In this document: piece by piece, positions 59,721 to 64,000 of the stretch | Layout of the letters: each line of letters starts with the position of its first letter | How positions within the stretch are numbered: the first letter of the stretch is position 1 | Source: Candidatus Poribacteria bacterium | GTDB lineage: Bacteria > Poribacteria > WGA-4E > WGA-3G | Direction: 5' to 3' | Assembly (NCBI GenBank): GCA_965207855.1 | Contig: OZ242310.1 | Coordinates: 2,197,881 to 2,261,880 of the forward strand | DNA: 64,000 bases | The notes under the pieces: model-generated | The model's input: the letters and a program-made list of their open reading frames with translations, nothing else | Database searches by the model: none | Told to the model about the DNA's origin: nothing | Made by a program: the position numbers and the translations under genes

Positions 59721-59894
59721 CAAATCTCTAAAGGATACTAACCGAACCGCAAGGAATAATTAAGAATTCTTTTGAGCCAAAGATCGTAAGCCTGAAACGA
59801 AGTGGAAGGGTTTTTGATTGGGTATTTCTTCAGATCTACGGAAGAGAACGGCAAATCCCTAAAGGATACTAACCGAACCGCAAGGAATAATTAA
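59721..59894 (+). repeat. 43-bp direct repeat (2 copies, 1 mismatch) around a dispersed repeat module
   Basis: CAAATCYCTAAAGGATACTAACCGAACCGCAAGGAATAATTAA at 59721 and 59852. Confidence 0.85.
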
Positions 59895-59898
59895 AATA

Positions 59899-62892
59899 AT
59901 GGAAACCACTCGGATGCCGGAAATAGACTTACATCCCGGCGAACAACTGCACGGCTTTGAGGTAAAAGCCGTCACGCCAATTGAGGAGTTACGAGCAGTA
60001 ACGATTGAATTGGCGCATCAACATAGCGGCGCACGCCTGCTACATATCTATACAAACGACACTGAAAACCTCTTCTCCATTAATTTCCCGACCCCGCCAT
60101 CAGATGATACCGGTGTCCCGCACATCCTTGAACATGCGGTCTTGGCAGGATCACACAAATTTCCGGTGAAAGAGCCTTTCTTTGAAATGATTAAAATGAG
60201 CATGGCGACCTTTATCAACGCCATGACGAGTTCCGATTTCACCTGCTATCCAGTATCGAGCAACGTCAAAAAAGATCTCTTCAACTTGGCGGAGGTCTAC
60301 TTTGACGCTGTTTTCCATCCATTACTGACTGAAAACACCTTCAAGCGCGAAGGACATCATCTCGCACCTGTGGATCCTGAAGACCCGATAGGCGATTTAA
60401 AGATAACGGGCATCGTCTATAACGAGATGAAGGGCGCGTTCTCAGACCCAGAGGCGTGTTTATACCGTTCAGTGATGAGACGACTCCTCCCAGATACGCT
60501 TTACGCCAATGAATCCGGCGGTGATCCTGATGCCATTCCCGATCTGACCTACACGCAGCTTAAGGGATTCCACGAAACCTATTATCACCCCAGCAACGGC
60601 TATTTCGTTCTCTACGGCGATATTCCAACCAGCGACTATCTCACCTTCCTTGCCGAGAGGTTAGATAATATCCCAAAGAATGCAGCGAGTACGGTGCTAC
60701 GTCCGCTACGTCCAGAGGTCACACACCAACCGAGGTGGGATGCGCCACAGACAGCAACGGATACCTATCCCGTTGGTGCTGATGAACCGCTCACAGAAAA
60801 AACGTATCTGATGCTCAGTTGGCTTATCGGGGACGCTACCAACCCGGAAGAGGTGGTTCTCGGTCGTATTATGAGTCTCATTCTGCTCGGGAACGAAGCC
60901 GCACCGCTCCGTAAGGCGATTATTGATTCCAAACTCGGTGCGGACATTGTTTTCTCTGGGGCGAGTTCTATCGGACCGGAAGCCACTTTTTACCTCGCAC
61001 TCAAGGGGAGTGAAGCCGATCGCGTTGAAGCCTTTCGTCAATTGGTCATTGATACCCTAACAGAGATTGTGGATTCAGAAATTGATAGTGAAAAGGTTGA
61101 AGCAGCATTCCAGCAAGCAACTTACCACTACCAAGAAGTCGCATCGATGTTCCCGCTCCGCATGCTCTACCGGGTCATTGAGGGATGGATATATGAGAAG
61201 GATTCGGACACCTTCCTGAAGATGGGGCAGACATTGAATGCCGTCCGTCAGCAGTGGCAGGAGAATCCATCAATTTTCAACGAACTCATCCGAGAGAAGC
61301 TCATTGAAAACCCGCATCGCCTCACCAGTGTCCTATCCCCAGATCGGGACATGCAGGGAAAAGTTGATGCTGAACTCGCGGAACGCATGAAAGAAACACG
61401 CGCCCAACTGACGGATGAGCAGGTACGACAAATCGCTGCGGATGCCGCGGAACTCGAGCGTCTCAACGGTGTTCCCAATTCGCCGGAAGCATTGGCAGGA
61501 CTGCCGCAGCTTCAGGTCAGCGATCTCCCTGAAAAACCGAGACATATTCCAACAACGGTTGAAAGTATCGGCGGACAGGAGCTGCTGCGGAACGATGTTT
61601 TTGCCAACGGTGTTAACTACCTCGTGTTGAACTTCGATTTGCAAGGGTTACCTGAGCATCTCTGGACATCCCTTCCCAGATACGCCGATGCCATTAGCAA
61701 ACTCGGTGCTGCCGGTATGAATTACGAAGCGATGGCGCAACGGACATCAGCCGTCACTGGCGGGATTGGGTGTTCATCGTGGTTTTCTACACGCGCCCGG
61801 GATGCCGATCATGCTTTGCAAGGTCTCTCTTTTCACCTCAAGGCACTTGATGGGAAAATAGATGCTGCCCTCGATGTTCTGCATGATCTGCTTTTCGCTG
61901 TGAACCCGCGCGATACGGAACGCCTTCGGGATGTCCTGCTCCAAGCCGTTGCGGAATATCGCACAGAGATGATTCACGACGGTTCAAGTACGGCGATTCA
62001 TCACGCATCACGGGGGCTCTCGTCAAATGCCCACCTTGCTGAGTTAATCTACGGACTACCACAACTCCGCAACAGCGAGACCCTTCTCAACGGATTCGAC
62101 GAACTTAATACCAACCTTATGGGTCATATAGAAGGGATACGCGATTTCTTACTCACGCGTGGACGGGTAACCGCCAGTTTTACGGGTTCGGACACCGCTT
62201 TTGAAACCACACGGACGAAACTCGGGGCATGGCTGGACGCAATGCGGGATGAACCGATGACCTCGCAACCAAGTGCGTTTCAGCAGTTTGAGACACCCCC
62301 AAGAGAGGGATTAGCGGGTCCCATTCAGATTGCGCACTGCGCTCACGTGATGCCGGCACCGCACTATTCGCACCCGGATTCAACGCTCTTGACGATCGGA
62401 GCGCATCTCATTCGACTCGATTACATACTCAGTGAAATCCGTTTTAAAGGCAACGCTTATGGCGCAAGGTTCACTTATAGTCCGTATGATGCCGTGCTCT
62501 GCCAGTCCTCGTTCCGTGATCCTCACGTTGCACGGACGATCAACGTCTTTGAACAGACTGTTGACTACGTTAAACAGATAGAATGGACACAGACGGATAT
62601 AGACCGCGCAATCATCGCTACGGCGAAGGATGGTGAGAAACCGATTCGTCCGAGCCAAGCCGCCAGCAGCGCATTGAGTCAACACCTCGTTGGGCAGACG
62701 CGAGAGATGCGGGAGGAACGCTACGCACAACTCCGCCGTGCGACGCCGACTGAGGTCAAACGGGCGCTGCTACAACTCTTAGAGGGAAATCGAGATAAAG
62801 CAGCGGTGTGTGCTGTTGCCAGTCGTGAGAAACTGGAAGCCGCAAACGCTGAATTGGCACAACCGCTTGTTATTGAAGACATTTTAACCTAA
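59899..62892 (+). CDS. M16C (presequence protease/insulinase family) metallopeptidase
   Basis: Inverted zinc motif 'GVPHILEHAVLAGS', 'FINAMT', 'GIVYNEMKG', 'SGGDP', 'IRFKGNAYG', 'SFRDP'. Confidence 0.93.
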   Translation: METTRMPEIDLHPGEQLHGFEVKAVTPIEELRAVTIELAHQHSGARLLHIYTNDTENLFSINFPTPPSDDTGVPHILEHAVLAGSHKFPVKEPFFEMIKMSMATFINAMTSSDFTCYPVSSNVKKDLFNLAEVYFDAVFHPLLTENTFKREGHHLAPVDPEDPIGDLKITGIVYNEMKGAFSDPEACLYRSVMRRLLPDTLYANESGGDPDAIPDLTYTQLKGFHETYYHPSNGYFVLYGDIPTSDYLTFLAERLDNIPKNAASTVLRPLRPEVTHQPRWDAPQTATDTYPVGADEPLTEKTYLMLSWLIGDATNPEEVVLGRIMSLILLGNEAAPLRKAIIDSKLGADIVFSGASSIGPEATFYLALKGSEADRVEAFRQLVIDTLTEIVDSEIDSEKVEAAFQQATYHYQEVASMFPLRMLYRVIEGWIYEKDSDTFLKMGQTLNAVRQQWQENPSIFNELIREKLIENPHRLTSVLSPDRDMQGKVDAELAERMKETRAQLTDEQVRQIAADAAELERLNGVPNSPEALAGLPQLQVSDLPEKPRHIPTTVESIGGQELLRNDVFANGVNYLVLNFDLQGLPEHLWTSLPRYADAISKLGAAGMNYEAMAQRTSAVTGGIGCSSWFSTRARDADHALQGLSFHLKALDGKIDAALDVLHDLLFAVNPRDTERLRDVLLQAVAEYRTEMIHDGSSTAIHHASRGLSSNAHLAELIYGLPQLRNSETLLNGFDELNTNLMGHIEGIRDFLLTRGRVTASFTGSDTAFETTRTKLGAWLDAMRDEPMTSQPSAFQQFETPPREGLAGPIQIAHCAHVMPAPHYSHPDSTLLTIGAHLIRLDYILSEIRFKGNAYGARFTYSPYDAVLCQSSFRDPHVARTINVFEQTVDYVKQIEWTQTDIDRAIIATAKDGEKPIRPSQAASSALSQHLVGQTREMREERYAQLRRATPTEVKRALLQLLEGNRDKAAVCAVASREKLEAANAELAQPLVIEDILT

Positions 62893-62922
62893 ATCATAAG
62901 GCAGTCGGCAGACTGATAATTG

Positions 62923-63046
62923 TAGGACTTACGCACCCCACTGGTAGGTGCGGTTTTGCAGCGTACTCGCTCAAACGCAATGTGCATTCCAACCGCACCC
63001 AATCTTGTGAAAATAGGCAGAATTCAGTCATTTTGCGTAAATCCTG
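62923..63046. repeat. Composite MITE/REP element with both TIRs
   Basis: TAGGACTTACGCA … TGCGTAAATCCTG enclosing GTAGGTGCGGTT…AACCGCACC. Confidence 0.8.
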
Positions 63047-63072
63047 AATTGATAAGGAGGATGAGAATTAAA

Positions 63073-64000
63073 ATGCTAAAAAAAATTGCACTCTTGACGA
63101 TCTGTATCTTTGCTTTAGCAGTGGTTGCGTTGATAGCATCACAACCTGATGGTTTTGAGAAAAACTGGCATCATTGGCGCGGTCCGTATGCGACAGGGGT
63201 TGCAGCTGATGCGAATCCACCCATCACGTGGAGTGAAACCGAAAATGTACGCTGGAAAATCGCTATTCCGGGCGTAGGGCATGCTACACCAATCATCTGG
63301 GGAGACAAAATCTTCGTCCAGACGGCTGTTGAAGGGGCAAAAGCGGAATCTGAAGACAACGATAATCCGTTCGGCGGTTTCTTTGGCGGAAGAAATGACG
63401 GTCCGCTGTATAAATTTGACCTTCTCGCTATTAATCGGAGTGATGGCAGTGTGCTGTGGCAGAAGACGCTCCGAGCAGTGGAACCGCACGAGGGAACGCA
63501 CCGAGATGCGACCTATGCTTCAAATTCGCCAGTCACTGATGGTGAGTTCGTCTACGCCTATTTCGGTTCACGTGGGCTTTATTGTGTGGATATGGACGGC
63601 AATGTGAAGTGGGAAAAAGATGTCGGCACGATGTATAAGCGGAACACCTTCGGCGAAGGCAGCTCGCCCGTTCTCTATGGCAATACACTTGTTGTTGTTC
63701 AGGATCACGAGCGTAATTCCTTCATTACTGCGCTCGACAAGCGGACCGGGGAGGTCTTGTGGAAGACAAATCGCGACGAAATAACGACTTGGTTCTCTCC
63801 GATTGTTGCTGAATACGATGGGAAACCACAGGTGATTACGACTGGCACAAATCGTGTTCGTAGTTACGATCTCGCAACGGGAAAACTGTTGTGGGATGGC
63901 GACGGTTTGACTCGCAATGCTATTCCTTCACCGGTTGCTGCGGGTGAATTCGTTTACCTTATGAGTGGTTTCCGGGGTAATGTCTTGCAGGCAGTCTCCC
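63073..64000 (+). CDS. PQQ-binding-like beta-propeller protein (runs off the window end)
   Basis: MLKKIALL… signal peptide, 'NWHHWRGP', 'WSETENVRWKIAIPG.GHATPIIWGD'; open to the window end; alternative ATG 63061. Confidence 0.85.
   Translation, partial: MLKKIALLTICIFALAVVALIASQPDGFEKNWHHWRGPYATGVAADANPPITWSETENVRWKIAIPGVGHATPIIWGDKIFVQTAVEGAKAESEDNDNPFGGFFGGRNDGPLYKFDLLAINRSDGSVLWQKTLRAVEPHEGTHRDATYASNSPVTDGEFVYAYFGSRGLYCVDMDGNVKWEKDVGTMYKRNTFGEGSSPVLYGNTLVVVQDHERNSFITALDKRTGEVLWKTNRDEITTWFSPIVAEYDGKPQVITTGTNRVRSYDLATGKLLWDGDGLTRNAIPSPVAAGEFVYLMSGFRGNVLQAVS

Noticed and set aside
59721-59894. Mini-CRISPR
   Set aside because: Only two 43-bp copies with an 88-bp spacer that contains another dispersed repeat.

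Overview
Bacterial genomic window, probably Candidatus Poribacteria (inferred from the recurring C-terminal 'V(E/D)PxxKLxxxWGx(L/M)K' motif, PQQ-like propellers, an FGE-domain protein and Gfo/Idh/MocA paralogs; not verified). A housekeeping/envelope backbone (groEL, vWA/DUF4159/DUF4175 cluster, SPFH, KamA-like, PPIase, disA, ABC transporter, purC, CoA transferase, M16 peptidase) is interrupted by two defence loci. (1) A type I R-M operon (hsdM-hsdS ... hsdR-M48 peptidase) has a ~3.1 kb cargo hotspot between hsdS and hsdR. It holds a Y1/HUH (RAYT-like) transposase flanked by arrays of TATAGACAT-footed hairpins, a second hsdS 3' remnant, a nucleotidyltransferase/small-protein pair and a deleted DUF4062 pseudogene. 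(2) An AT-rich phosphorothioation island carries dndCDE convergent with a pbeABCD-like module, including a 57-aa ORF missed by the track. Between them lies an uncharacterised two-gene cassette (GHKL/MORC-type ATPase plus putative SAM-fold protein), the best candidate for an undescribed system. Intergenic regions also carry a modular, nested family of GTAG-type REP/MITE-like repeats. All product calls come from motif recognition by eye; no database searches were run.
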